DNA of 64,000 nt from Macrostomum lignano (taxonomy: Eukaryota): positions 21,455 through 85,454 of the forward strand of contig NIVC01000968.1 of assembly GCA_002269645.1 (NCBI GenBank). Reading direction: 5' to 3'. Of this stretch, positions 12,401 through 26,800 are shown piece by piece. The translations under genes and the position numbers were made by a program. Under the pieces are notes generated by a model that was not told the DNA's origin, searched no databases, and worked only from the letters and a program-made list of their open reading frames with translations. Position 1 is the first letter of the stretch. Each line of letters opens with the position of its first letter.

Positions 12401-15400
12401 TCTGCTGCGTGTCCCTGAAATTCAAGTTATTTGTGAATTATGATTAGGTTTTAGCGAGCTGTTGGGACTAATGATAATTAACAAGGATTTAGAAACTCAC
12501 CGAACACTCAGAACAAAACTACCTCGTTCAGTTTTGCTGGCACGCACAAGGTACATGCCAACCTGGCCGCTCAGTAGAATCTCATTGGCCTGCTCTCGAT
12601 TTATGCTGCCAAAGTACCAACTAGAATGGGGAAAATATTAATTTGCTTTGTTAACAGTGTTGTAGATAAGGCGAGAGAAAAGGGAGAGAAAAGGAGAGGC
12701 ATGGCACCCCAGCTGATAAGATTTATGCTTGTCTCAAATCTTAATTTAACTCAAATTTAGTCAATTTTTGTTTACTTGTCTATCCAAACAAGTGTTTGTT
12801 TAAATGAGTTTAGATTTAAGAATTTATACAAACATAGTTCTAGGGATTGAAACTACAGGTTCAAAAACCATGGGTTTCAACAGCTTTTTTATTGAAAAAA
12901 ATCTAATATAGCTAAAACAGCCAAAACCTTTGCAATAGAGCCTAAAAAGCATTTTTAAAGCTTGAAATATACAAGGAAAAGGGATTTGCCATTTTTGCTA
13001 TCTCTTGCTATAAATTGTATTGGTAATTTCTTTGCTCTTATAGCAGACAATTTTGCATATTAACAGTAGAACTACCAAGAGGGTGGGGACATTCCCCCCC
13101 CCCCCTGACTTTTCTTGCTGCGCCGGAACGGAGCAACGCAGGCACACGAAATTCAAGACCATGGACTAACTTCTTGTTGCGCACCTTCTCGAGATATTTG
13201 ACAATTCTGCCAGAAGGTCAGATTTTTCCCATAAGCCTTAGTGTATTCAGTATACCCCTGTGTGCCAATCAGCACTGCACCTCAATGCAGCCTTGCCAAG
13301 TCTCCAAATTTCATCAGCACATCGACCGCATGTGTCTGCATCAGCTCTGACTTCATTGGTCACTAGCCTTCACCCAGGCGGAGCTTCTGGACTTTCAATA
13401 GGTGGCACCAGGTGACTATGGACACGCTTTTGCAAATTCTCTAGTTTCGCTGATAAAGCCTCCACAGTGGGCAAAAATCAACTGCTGGACATCCTCACCT
13501 AGTCTCTTGAGCATTCCGTCATCAACCCGATGCCATTGGCACCTTCAACAGATGACACCAGGTGATTATGAGTAGCCTGATAAGAATTTCTTGAGTTTTG
13601 CTAATCAAGCCTCGACAGTAGGCAAGCCTTAACTGCTGGAAACCCTCAGCTAGTCTCTCAAGCATTCTGTCATCACCCCGATGCTGTTGGCACCTGGGGT
13701 GCGCGCATTGAAACGTTACACTTACTATTTTTCGTTTTCGTTTTTGGGGGCTATAAATTCAAACACGAGTGACATTAGAGAGTCTAAAGTTTAAATACAA
13801 AATTTGATTCCATTTGCTCTTGAGATTCGAAAAAAGATAGTCGAAAAGCTTCGCGCGGATAAGAAGCCAGCGTCAATTGCAAGACAGCTTGGTGTCTCAA
13901 GAATGCGAGTCTACCGAACCAAAAAGCTCCTTAACGAGACTGGGGACACGTCGACACGAAAGCTCGGCATGGCGGTGGGCGCTCCCGCACATCTCGCACT
14001 GCTGCCACGATTCGAGCCATAAAACAACGGATTCATCGAAATCCCAGGGCATGCACAGCAGGGCTGTTGTTGCCCAGCACAGTGTGTCTGCCAATCAGAA
14101 GCGCTGTCGTACAGAGGGCCAGAGGTCTGCTGGACTGGCTAAAGTCCCATGGTGGACTCGTGCACGTCTTCCCGGACGAGAAGCTGTTCACCATCGATGC
14201 TGTCGTCAACAGGCGAAATGATCGCTGCATCGTCTCTGGGCCAGTTTCGGAGCTCCCAAGCAATGTTCGGGTGATTCGACACTGCAAGCACCCTGCCTCG
14301 GTGATGGTTCTGGGCGTCATCACGTCTGATGACCAAAAGTGCCCACCAATCTTCATCGAGGCTGGTGTGAAAATTAACTCGGCAACGTACCAGGAGCTAC
14401 TGAGGACACAAGTCTTGCCCTGGTTGCAGCAGAGGTACATAGGAGGTGACTACGTGTTTCAGCAGGATGGCACTCCAGCTCATACTGCGAGGACAATGCA
14501 GGCGTTTTTGGGGGCCAACTTCAGCAATTTCTGGAGTAAGGACATCTGGCCTCCCTCATCGCCTGATTTGAACCCATTAGACTTCTATTTCTGGGCGCGT
14601 GTGGAGAGGTAGAGAGAGAGAAGAGAGGTCATGGCGTATTAAAATATTATTTTAGAAAATCGGCTACCAGTTTCAAGCCTCTGGGCCCTTTGTCAGGTCA
14701 AAAATCTGTGTGTAATGCACATACATGCGCAACAGTCGGCCGAGTCGGCCGATCCGGCCGACCGATTTGGCGGCCAATCAAGGAAGTCGCAAAACTGCCC
14801 ACCCGAAAAAATACCAAAGTAGTAGTACTAAGTAGCTGACGAGGCATTTTGCCTAAAAAAGACAGTCATAGTTACTCCTGCCGTTTACCCAAAGTTGCGT
14901 TAATTTGGCGTTTGGGTTTTTTTACATGTAAGTCGCATTTTTGTTAAAACTAAGTCGCATGGCCGACCGAATTTTGAAGGTTGTGCATGTATGGTAATGC
15001 AAAGCAAGTTGGTCTTTAAAGTATTATTTTTCTTAGTCTGATAAAATTGATGAGTAGTTGTACATATGAGGGATGTACATTTAAAACCCTGTTTTGTCTA
15101 GCTCTAACTTGACCCAGAGGCTTTTCACCATTCATTTCAATTGACAGTATATTATATAAAAATGTTTTTTTCGAAGTACTATACAATTAGATGAAATGCA
15201 GGTATTGGAGGTAGGAGCATAAAAATCAATATTTGTGCATACAATCAAGTAGTTTGGATAAAATAAATGACAAAGTGAATAAATATTGTACTTCAATAGG
15301 GTAAAGTGAGCGCATTGGTTAAAATGATTTAATGGTTTCCTGGCTGAGACTTAAATTTATTGGGAGCCAGGAGGCTCTGTAAATTATGTTGCCATGTAAA

Positions 15401-17412
15401 TGCGGGCAGTATGTGGGAGCCTGTTTTTTTGTAGCTTATCAAAGTTTTTAGCAATTGTGTTGGCCAGCCAGACCATAGATAGGTGAAAATATGAAAAGGA
15501 AGGACCAATGGAATGGGTCAGAGAAGATGATTGTCAACCCTGATGTTCATACCCGGCGGTTTGTCAGACCCCAGTTTTTTAATACAGATTTCTTCCCTTA
15601 GTTTGATTTTGTTGTTATTAAGAACCTGTTCAATGGCAATAGTGACAAAGTTTACAATCGAGTGATTGGGAGTGAGAAAGTGCTCTGACCCTGAAGTAAC
15701 AATTATCCTGTTAATATTTGACCTGTGCTGGTTCATTTTATCTCTCATTGTTCTTCTAGTCATACCTTTGACTTACTTGACTTAGCTGCAGGGCTGTCCT
15801 AGAGGGGACAGCGGGAAGGCGCGAGCGCCCATTCCGCTAATCCCTGAACGTTCTAGTCATACCTACATAGAGGATTTCCCAGGGTGGCACTGGTTATAGG
15901 AGATGCCATAGATGATGCTCTTGGAGCCACAGGATAGGCTCTAAGAGATTAAGAAACTGGAAGCCGGTCCTAGTCCCTGGGCAGAGAGAGCATGCAGTGA
16001 GTGGGTGCAGCATTTGCAGTGGGATGACCCACAGGGATGGAACCCTTTGGGAAGCAGACCCAGATTGGTCATTGGTCCTGCAGTCCAGTTCATAAGTTAG
16101 AGGATTTCCTTTTTGCAGTTTCTAAGAAAAATCTTTGAGTAGCCTAATTACTTGAGTTCCAATTTTAAAGAATTGAAAGCATTGTTGAAAGACTTGTAGT
16201 CATCATAGATTTGAGCGTACCAAAGGACTTAGGATTTTACTACCCCCTTGAAAGTGTGTGACGGATGGAAGGATTGTCGGTATAGCAATCTATGAGTGTC
16301 TGTTTCTTTCAAAAACAGTTGTATTGTGAAGCAGTTTTCAGCTTTCTTGATGGTCATGTCAAGGAAACTGACCTTAGTTGATGAGGAGCTGACGGTGAGT
16401 TTAATGTTGGGGTTGATTGAATTCAGGTATCAAACAAACAAATTCTGTCAGAGCTTCAGCCGGGTGGTCTGACCCAGTGAATGAAGATATCATCTATGTA
16501 CCTAAAATAAATTTTTGGCTTAAAAAGAGCAGTTCTCAAGGCAGTTTCTTACCAGAGGCTCATGAAGAGACAGGCAAAGCTGGACATAAAGATGCACCCC
16601 ATAGCTGTGCCTCTAAGTTGTAGGAAGATCATTTTGTCAAATTCAAAGTCATTCCTATACAAACACAGTTCCAGTAGCTTTATTAACTCAGCATCTGGTC
16701 TAATGGGATCCGGGTATCGGTTAAAGAATTCCTAGATCATTGCAATGCCCTGGTCTATAGGGATCATAGAATATAGACTCTTGACATCACAAGTTGCCAG
16801 AGTTGAAATTTCTATGTAGCATTTATCCATAAGGTGTGCCTTGAAGTCATAGGAGTCCTTAATGAAAGTGGGTTGTGCTTGGGCAATTGGTTTAAGAAAG
16901 AAGTCTATATACTTTTTTGTCCCAATAGCTTCAGAACTGTATCCGCTAACAATAGGTCTACCTACTAGGACCCAAAAGGGGATCAGCCAGGTGGCCGGGT
17001 CCTTGTGAATTTTGGGGAGCAGGTAGAAATGCCAGGGAGAAGTTCTCTCTAGGAGAAAGAAAAGAAAACTGTTTCTTAGTTATGAACTTTCTATTACATG
17101 TCTGCCAACCAGAAGTGCAGTCATAATTTGTAATTTTTATTTTGGTGTATTTTTGTATGCGATAGAAAGTTTGTTGGTATACATGAGCTATAGAAGCAAT
17201 TCTCATTCTGGCATATACAGTGGTAGGCCTACACAATCCTGACCATAGTAGTTTGACAAGATAAAAATACATAGCAATGATTATACCTTCTTCATTAGGC
17301 TTAGGAGATGAAATGGTTTATCTTAATAAATGCAAATTAAAAAAATTAATTCACAAAATGCAACTTACTCTTCAGTCCCTTTCATACCCAATTTTGAAAA
17401 ATCAGGCATCAT
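9485..17412 (-). CDS. CRK: Crk/CrkL/CED-2-like adaptor (SH2-SH3-SH3), 5 coding exons, ~302 aa
   Basis: Exons 17412-17369, 12620-12501, 12414-12255, 12103-11941 and 9906-9485 have GT/AG ends and matching phases (909 nt). SH2: WYFGSINREQANEILLSGQVGMYLVRAS...FRIGPTEFLFIQDILNYYKKNKLVDSTLTVP (cf. Crk RIGDQEF...FYKIHYLDTTTLIEPV). nSH3: VYRVKIDY...AEWWHVL...GEVGCVP. cSH3: RPRNPNIFDTSQLRMEPGDHIRV...GVFPFNYV (cf. Crk KRVPNAYDKTAL...GHFPFTHV). The first coding exon (MMPDFSKLGMKGTED, donor GA|GTAAGT) is the least certain. Confidence 0.85.
9948..11900. repeat. 21-bp minisatellite filling a Crk-like intron
   Basis: Unit ATGCTGATCAGTCAGCTACCC, ~93 copies with no indel. Confidence 0.98.
13404..13696. repeat. 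Degenerate ~150-bp tandem duplication
   Basis: CACCAGGTGA...AACTGCTGGA...CTAGTCTCT...AGCATTC...TTGGCACC occurs twice. Confidence 0.6.
13697..14609 (+). mobile_element. Decayed Tc1/mariner DD37D (maT family) transposon fragment
   Basis: N-terminal HTH (IARQLGVSRMRVYR); a frameshifted GRSRTSRT...IHRNPR segment; catalytic DEKLF...QQD-(37 aa)-D in SPDLNPLD. 3'-truncated with frameshifts. Confidence 0.85.
14720..14993. mobile_element. hAT-like MITE (274 bp)
   Basis: TIR CATACATGC(G/A)CAAC at both ends; 8-bp TSD GTAATGCA at 14712-14719 and 14994-15001. Confidence 0.8.
15450..17280 (-). mobile_element. Decayed Penelope-like element (RT + GIY-YIG endonuclease)
   Basis: FYLLPKIHK...GRPIVSG...FIKDS...DVKSLYSMIP RT motifs; Cys-rich linker; IIYGI...YVGMTRRT...HRSNI...IKKLG...PPGMN GIY-YIG. 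Many stops and frameshifts; ends approximate. Confidence 0.85.
15768..15850 (-). mobile_element. 83-bp 5'-truncated retroposed insertion inside the Penelope GIY-YIG
   Basis: 14-bp TSD TTCTAGTCATACCT (15754-15767 and 15851-15864); short tandem tail AAGTCAAGTAAGTCAA on the minus strand; removing the insert and one TSD restores YVGMTRRT. Confidence 0.75.
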
Positions 17413-20400
17413 GATATTGATACTGTGAAATTATAATTTATGATAGCTATTAGTAAAAAACTGATTACTATAAAATCTTTGAGTGGTTTTTGTTTTGCTT
17501 TATTGAATAAGGGTCTAGGAAGACAGACTACAGTGTAGCGTTGCGTGCCTCAATCTAATCTGGTTAAATAATCCTATGACTATATTTTTACAAAAATACT
17601 GGCAAGGACTATGCCCTTTACTTTCCTTTTATTTTTAAAGCAAGCAAAAAATCAATACTTTAGGTAAAAAAAAGTAGTAAACGAGATAACAATTACGAGA
17701 TAACAATTAACGAGATTAATAACAATAACGCAACCTTAAATTGATATTTTACACTCCTTGCAGGATATAGAGAGCCGGGTAGCCTATATTGATTTAGACG
17801 AACTAGGGTAGTTCTCAAATTAAGGTCATGATGTTTTGGTACAGAAAAAAAAGTTTTTGAATAAAGTAATTATTTTGCAAAAACGATTCTTTCGTCAATT
17901 TAATTAAAAAACTGCCGTTAAAACCACAAGAAACCAAATATTTAAGACGAAATCTAGCAATTTGTTATTTTTCGCAACGGAAAATAAAACGACCAAAAAT
18001 TGTGAAATAATGCAAGTTTTCTTTTATTTTTTTATGAATTAGATACATCTTTTATTCTATGTTTACTATTTAATAAGTATTATTTCAATAGAAAATGTTA
18101 TTTTTAAATCAACATTTTGTTTTTTTCGTATAAATTGCTTGTATTTAAAATTATCGCGTAACAAGAAACACCCGAAATAATTGATATTGTACCACTCAAG
18201 AACTTAATTATTGTACTTAAACACCGAAATATGAAGCTTAAAATATACAAAACTGGTTTAGCTAAAAATTAGGCTTGCAAAATATGTCTTTTAAAGCATT
18301 AAAAGTTTTTTTGAATTAGAATATATATAGTAAACGAGCTAGGAAGCCATTTCTTTTAAAACCTAAAATGCATGTATCTTTTTTCGAACAGACTTGCGTT
18401 TTTTTAAAAAATAATTCAGCAAGCATTTATATTCTGCAACATAGCTTTAATACTATTTTACTATTTTACTATACTATTTTCTTATGTAATTAGGCTGCAT
18501 AACTACTAAAAGAACAGCTTATAAATTTAAATTAAATACTTTGGTCTTGGTAAGTTAATTAGCCTATTACAGACGTCTGACTCGGCAGCCACATGGATCA
18601 CTGCAATTGCTCTGGCGAACCTCTGCAATCGATTCTGGCCCTGCACTAGCTGTCATGCTCGGTATACAATTCGTCTCATTTGATAAATTACGTCGATGCC
18701 TGCAGAACTAACCACATCCAAAGGACCACTGCACATCTTAGATTGTGGCACATACAATGATGCTGGTGTTCTGGCAGAGAAACAGGTAAAAGTGCAGCAA
18801 ATAGCATTACATATCCGTCCGAGAGGTGTGCAGTTTACAGTGCTTTAGCCAATTGGGTCAGTAGAATTAAATCGATCACATTAGAATAAAAGTAGATGTT
18901 CGCTGTACATGTAACAAACCAATAGCAAGACACTATTGGATGTCTTTCCCTTCTACTGATGCTCGTATATCAGCTGGCTGTCTCCACAGGCCACAGCTCA
19001 TCGCATTCTCTGTTAACCGCCGCTTCAGTGCTGTCAGCCGCACTTAACTGTGTCTGGCCTCGGTATATAGAGTTAGTCCCAATGGAAAATCATCATCTAA
19101 AACATATCTAAAGCGTAATTGTCAATCGAGGAGTAATATAAAATATAGTATGTCTGTTATGGTACTGCCATGACTTATCTGTTAAACACTTCAAAAATTC
19201 GTGTGGCAGCACTCTGTAGAGATTCCATCTTTCTGTACCATATTTAATATTACATTGCCAGCATCAATGGCAATTAAGTTTTTTCTTTTGTCTTTTTTCT
19301 TGTTAGTAGCTATATGCATCCAAAGGTGAAAAGTATCAACTGAATGTTTAAGTTGCTACATGTATATCTTTAATGAATTGCAGAACATATGAGAATGAAT
19401 TTAATGTTTCAAAGAAATTAATTTTTGTGCTTCAGACAGCTAATTTCATTGATTATAAATCAGATGCAAAATTGTTTTAATACTATTTCTTGACTAATCA
19501 AATCATGCAACTTTTTTTATTATTCGTTACTCTTATTTTCTTTTCAGTTTCTACTACCTCTTGTTTTGACTCATTATGTTTACTTGTAACTTACAATACA
19601 AATTTTAAATCAGTTAAAAAAATTGTGTGAAAACAACAAAAAACGACTGTTTTTAAGAGAAAAATAGTCAATTTTATCTACATAAATCAAATTCTGTTTG
19701 TTCTGACTAACATATTGGGTGATCAATAGCAAAAATTCATCTAAATACGAGCGTACATAAAAAAACATCCAAAAAACCTAACAATGTGCTGAGAAAATTT
19801 TTTTTCATAACTAGAGACAAAAAAGTGGTACTTTTTCTCATCCCACAGATGAGGACTTTAAATTAAAATAACTTTGGTGCTACTTGCTTTGTTGTTGTCA
19901 GCGAAATCTCTCTTTGTTAGGTTAATTTTGTGCTATTGAAAAAAACTTAAAATTGAATTTATTTAACTTTTCTTTTTAATATAGAATGAAACTGCCTTAA
20001 TTGATACTTTAGTGTTAGATATGACTATCTTTCTTAAAAAAACAGCAGAAAACGCAGCTATTAGCTTATTCTATTAACAGAACAAATTAATTAAAAGTGG
20101 ATTTTTTAATCATTCATAATGTTACGTTTCTAGCAAAAATCGAAATAGCAACATCTGCTTTGCAATCGAAAGAGTTAAATGGGTTCTAGGTTGTGCTAAC
20201 CAAAGTTATAAATAACATTTATCAATTTTCTTCTTTAATAAGACCACGTGAACAGAATGTAGCTTCTCTAAAGTGGGTATTATAGCTCGTGCGATAATAA
20301 AAATATACATCGAAAAATGAAATAGCGCACTCTGATGAGATTAACATCAAAAGTTCAATGTTAAAATAGATTAAGACCCATGAGAGGCATATATTTTTTA

Positions 20401-20894
20401 AGTCCTTTTAGAGCTAAAATAAGAAAAGATTCAATATTTCAGGCTGATTTTCAAAAATATTTGTTTCACTGCTTACGACTAAACTTTGAGAACGACCCAC
20501 TAAACTAAACACGTTAGCAATTTTTACACGATTTAATAATACGAGCTTCTTACACTGGTTGTGTCAATATTTATTTGATATTTATAGGTTAATATTAAGT
20601 TATAATTTACCACTATTCTATAATTCCAAAACCATTAAAGCCTCTAAGGTAAAATCACAGAAGTTTTAGTTTAGTTAATCTATGCTTTTTTCTTAATAAT
20701 TTTTGCAGAATTTTTAATTTTTGCAGAAAGTCTCACTTTAATGCCTGGTTTTATGGTGTAGTGACGTAGTCTCAAACAGAAATTTCATGACAATGTACGA
20801 AACGAAGGAAATTTAATATAAGTTGTTTCTACAATTCAGACCCTGTTTTTTTTATAAAAAAGTTACATTTAGCAATATCTAGACATTCAGGAAA

Positions 20895-23800
20895 ATGTTT
20901 AAAGTTGCACATCAAATAGCATCTCTGTTTCTACTTTTATCTGTAATCGAATTCAAAGCCTATCTGACCCTTGATTTTCGCATAAGCACATCGAAAGTTT
21001 TGCTACCATACTCAAGCTATGTTCCTATAAATTATACTCTTGTTGCTGAGTCTGAAGCACGTTATTGTTATCGTTGGTAAGTCCAGGCCATACATTTTGT
21101 CATAATTGACATAAATTACATTTTAACAAATATATTTTAATAGGCCTACATGTGAACTTGTAATTCCAATAATTATATTGTGATTGTGACTATTGCTCTT
21201 TTGATTTTTGACTGTTGAATTTTGTGTTAAGCTTAGGCCTATCCTTATTATTGTACTTGCCTAATATACTCTTCTCATAGTTATAGATAGACAAAGTCAA
21301 AGACCAAAGTTTTCATTTTTATATTAGTAAATATCAATACTCCATTTTATGCCCATTAAATATGCTTTACATGGGGCAGTGTTGGGCACAATATCCATAA
21401 AATTACCAGTAAAAAGCTTTTCTAAAAAAAGTATTGCCAATACCTAAAAGTCTAATCCTCACTCTGGATCATGTAGTATACACCCGAAAAATTGTGCATA
21501 CATTAGGATGGAATTCTTGCATAAAAGTTGTTACACGTTTGTGCGCGCTTGTCAAATTCATGCGCACTTGCACACTAAAAAGGAGCCTACTTGCGTGCTT
21601 TTAAAGAAGGTGTGTGCACACTCCATCGTATCTGATTGCATAAGAAGCTGTTTGCCGCAGAATCATAGATAGGATTTGACTTTGACATGCATTCAACATG
21701 GTTATATGCCATGTGGTGTATGCGCGCTCAAGTTCTACTTTTCATAGTTCGGAAGGAAGGTTGTTTTTATGCCAGAAAATTTCAAAACAAAAGTAAAATA
21801 AAGTATGATTGTTTAGCAAAAAATGGTTACTTTAAAGTTTAGTAAAACTCACAACTTTGAAAGAATATTTTCTTTAAAAAATATAGTCTTTAAGCTATTC
21901 TACACTTAAAGTACAACTTTTTAAATTATGTTGGCGTAGAATTTAAAAACTGTATTTCATTTTTAGTGCATGGGCTATGATCTACATATGACTTATTTTT
22001 ACAGCTAGTGTGCGCGCTTGCGTGCTGCTCCAAAAACATGCACCCACGTTTTCCTATTCCCAAGCAAGAATGGATTCCATCCTGAGGCATATATTAGCCT
22101 TGCATGCCAAAATTAGGCTTGCACAATTGGCCTGCATCACTCCTGAAAAAATAGTATACGTGCATATCTGGTGTACACTTTATAGAATCATGTGTAAGAG
22201 TTATTGTGAAGTTTAAAAAAGATGACAAAAGTTCATTTTTAAGCGTAAATTTCAAGCTTTCTAGTTTTTTCAAGCTTGTAAAAGAGCATTTAAACAAATC
22301 TTTGCATGTATAAATTTTCCGCTATAAATAGTATTGCCGAAAAAGCATAAAAAGCAACCAAATTATCTGGTAGTAAGGTCTATTACGCAGTTTAAAAAAG
22401 GTATTTTATTGTCACAATGTAAAAAAGGTCATTTATTAATGCAACACTGGTGTATTTTTGAGAATATGCGTACGCAAGATTTTTAAAGCAAAGAAACTAA
22501 GCTTAGCTTTGTTTTTTGAATGATAAAGCTTTCAGTAAAACAAATATAATTAAATTAACAAATGAAATCCAATAGATGCCACTGTGGTCAATCATTAACT
22601 ATTTACTAGCCTCTATAGTCATTTTTCTTTATGCTATTAGTATTAGTACTATTATTGTTTTAGTATAGTGTGGCAGGCTACTAGTCACCTAGGGTCAGGA
22701 TCATGTACTGCTGTACACCGGAATGAAAATTGCTTCCATAGCTCATGCATGCCAATGTATGCCATCAAACTTTTTATTTCATACAAAAATATGCCAAAAT
22801 AAAGATTACAAATTACAACCAATATTAAAAGCTTGCAAAATTTTAATATTAAAAAAACTGATATGTTAAAACATAATTTTTTTATTAAACTATAGAGAAC
22901 TAGTTCATTTCAACTATTTAACTTTTTAACTTTTACCTTTTAACTTTCAATTTCTTGAAAAAGTTAAACCTGTTTTTTTAAATTCAGTTTTCTGTTTTTT
23001 TGTAAAGGGCTAGATATTCTTTCTGATCAAAATTTAGCTACTATAACTATGTATATGGAGACTACACCAAATACAAAATTAATCATTTTTGTATACTAAT
23101 TATTTAGATTGATTGTTGGGACTTGGAACTTTTGGTCCCACCTGCTGGTCTCAGCAATCTCTATATGCCAAGCTGTATGCCAAGAGGGCACACCAGGCCC
23201 CTTTGTACACCAAGTTGTATACCAATGGTGTAATCTAGGTCCCTCTATATGCCGGAATTTCCGGCGTACATATATACCATCCGGAGTCTGGCTAGTTACT
23301 TTGGCGACAAGACATATTGGCAACTGACACTTTGGCGATCAGTGTGTAACAGTCTTTTCAACAACAATTTTAGGCCATTTGGCAAATTGCTAAACATCAA
23401 TAGTGCAATCATAAATTTTTTGAGGGGGTGGATTTTGAAGGATAAAGTCCCGGGAAGAGGGGTAGAGGGGTGGCTCTGTTTTTGGCAAAAATTCGCTTAG
23501 TCCCATTGGAGGGGTGGCTCTGTTTTTGGCAAAAATTCACTTGGTCCCCCCTTTGATTTTTTTAATCTCCACCTAAGGGGGGGGGGCAACTGCCCCCTGC
23601 CCCCCCCCCCTAGTTGTGCCACTGCTAAATATATGTATTTAACATAATAAATAAGGATGCAGCTTTTGCTTGATTGCCTTAGAATAAATTTCTGTAATTT
23701 GATTAGAAAATTTTTTTTATATTAATTTTTATTATACTAGATTGTAGTACAATGCATGCTCCTCTCTCTAAGTGTATTGGGATACTGACTGTCAGGAGCT

Positions 23801-26800
23801 AGAGTTAAGGTAGAGTCAAGAGCTAAAATACTTTGTTTTTTCTTGACACACAAAAGATGTGTTGAAAAAAAGTTAGAAAAAATAGTAATGCAATAGGTAA
23901 GGCAATCAGTATCTGGCAGTGACAGTGTTGCAGAACTTGCAGCATGATAACTGACTAAATAATATCATTTTTTGATAATTAGTAATTACTAACTAATTGA
24001 TAAAGTATATATAGTGCAGGCAATTTTTAAAAAGTTCTAAAAACTAATTTTAAGGATGAAAATATTAATTATTTCAGCTTCATTGACCTAAAAGTGAAGT
24101 ATTTATCATTGCTTTCTATAAAATTATGCAACTATTTCATCCATTTTAACACAATTTTTTATTGTTTGCAGGCTCAAAATTTTAAAAGTACCAGAGTATC
24201 AGATTGTTGGGAAATTTTCAAAATTGTATTAGAATTTACCAAAGTCTGATACCATAAAAAGTATTGGCTTCCAATACTCTGATACCCAAAAGGTATCACC
24301 AATAGTATGAAGTATTGGAATTGTGCCCAACATTGTACATGGATAAATTGTCTATGATACATTAAAACTAATTTGTTTATTAAAAATTAGAATTAAAAAA
24401 ATATATTTTGGCATGTTCATTCACAATAAATTATTTTTTTTCTTTATTTTATCATATAATTATAAATAGTTTTATATATTTTAAGTAGCTTTCCTTTTAA
24501 TGATATAGTTAGCATAATTTTGGAGGTTTTTTATTTTCTTAGTAAAACTAAAGTGATCTGTTTAGATTTTTTTGTATAAATATAAACTAAGTATAATCTA
24601 GACTATTGTATAACCTCAAAATAATTTACCTATTGCAGACTTAGGTCAGATTATGTCAAATTGTTATTTAAGCATACATGTGCAACCCCCTTAATTTACA
24701 TGCACTATGCAACTTACTTTTTGATCAAAAGTGCTACTTACCTATAAAAAAACCTAAGCAAAAATTAATGCAAATTTAGATAAATGGCAGGAGTAACAAT
24801 GACTATTATTAAAGCTTAATGCCCTGTCATCTAATTAACATCTAAGTACTAGGTCTAATTTTTTGTGCAGACATTTTTGCAATTTACCTTGGCAACTTAC
24901 CTTGTTCCAAAATGTTCTGTAGGTATGCTAGGGAGCTTGCAACCCCCTGCAATTATTATTATTATCAAAAACTTTCAATTGAAAATTTTACAAATTTTAG
25001 GACATCAACATCTCCAGAAGTTGCAACAGTAACACCATTGCATGAGGACTGTAGCCAGTCTGCCATCATCACAGCAACATGGAAGAATCCATATCGAGCC
25101 AGCACTGCTATTCTTGTTGAAAATATCAGTATGTTTATCATTGCTTGTATTGTACATTGTAGCTTTATTGCTGATAGTGCCTTTTTTATTAATTAAATGC
25201 TTTGGAGTGACATTAGATTCAATGCTTTGGAGTGACATCAGATTCAATGCTTTGGAGTAACATTAGATTCAATGTTCTGAAGTAACATTAGATTCAATGT
25301 TCCGGAGTGACATGAGATTCAATGTTCTGGAGTGACATGTGATTTAATGTTCTGGAGTGACATAAGATTCAATGTTCTGGAGTGACATAAGATTCAATGT
25401 TCTTGAGTGACATTAGATTCAATGTATTAAAGTGACATTAGATTCAATGTTCTGGAGTGACATGAGGTTCAATGTTCTGGAGTGACATGAGATTCGATGT
25501 TCGGAAGTGACATGAGATTTAATGTTCTGGAGTGACATGAGATTCAATTTTTTTGAGTGACGTTAGATTCAATGTTCTGGAGTTACATGAGGTTCAATGT
25601 TCTGGAGTGACATAAGATTCAATGTTCTGGAGTGACATGAGATTCAATGTATTGGAGTGACATAAGATTCAATGTTCGGAAGTGACATTAGATTTAATGT
25701 TCTGGAGTGACATTAGATTCAATGTATAGGAGTGACATGAGATTAAATGTTCTTGAATCTGGAATAAAGTTCCTACACAATTGCTATCCTGGAATGAAAC
25801 GCGCACAAGTGTGACGCTATGGTGTGAAATCCTGCTGCACTGTGTTTGGCTGGAGTAATGTGCTTTTCTAGAATAAATTCTCAAAAGATTGATCAGACAT
25901 TCGAGAGTTGAAATTCTGGAGTGACATCACAGCTTGTGGTATTATTATAGAAAACTTAAACAAGAAGATTAGAAGTATTAGTTACCAGTAAAGAACAAAT
26001 TGTGTTTGTTATTGCTACAGTGACCGGCCACACTGTCAAATGCGACGTGATTGTTGACAAGCCATCTAGGCTGGAGATTGAGACCACAACTCAGGAGCTC
26101 TACCTGCACGACGCGCCCGAGGCCTTGGTTGTACGCGCCTACGATGATTTGGGTAAGATGTTGCAATACTAATCCTTATTCTAATACAGCTTAAATAGGC
26201 TGGGGAACTTTGTATAGAAAGTCCTATTATTCTTAACTATATATCATACACTGGGGGGTCGCCAAACCCTCAATAATTACCCCATCTAATGCTGGCACCC
26301 ATTTTACAGCTGGGTGAACTGAAGCAATGCAGAGTTTCTCAAGTGTCTTGCTCAATGATACAAATTGTATCGAGTGGGTTGAGAATCGAACCCCCGACCT
26401 TTCAGTCGTGAGTCCGATATCTGCTAATAACACATGCATTACAATTATCAATCCATAAATCATAACTGGCAGGCAACATATTCAGCAGCCTGACTGGCCT
26501 ACCATTCGAATGGTCCATCACCTCTGCTCACGGAGTTGACGGTCTCAACATACTGCGCTTCATCAGCTGGACAGAGTCCGAATACGAGATACCCAGCGTG
26601 ATTGGCAATCTGGAGAGCCAAGGACTGCAGGGCGACCAGCAGCTGGTTGGCGGCATTAAAACTGGCTCGGCCTTTGTTGGCGTATCAGTCAAGGACACTA
26701 TTTATGCTGGCGTGGCACCTGGGAAAGTGCGCCTCCTTGTGATGGCTAATGCCATACTGAAGCCCAGTTTGGCCTATCTGATACCCGGCGCCTCGCTTAA

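Noticed and set aside
18570-19070. Exon-like GC-richer patches between the Crk-like gene and NUP210
   Set aside because: All frames hit stops quickly; at most 5' UTR exons, which cannot be supported from sequence alone.
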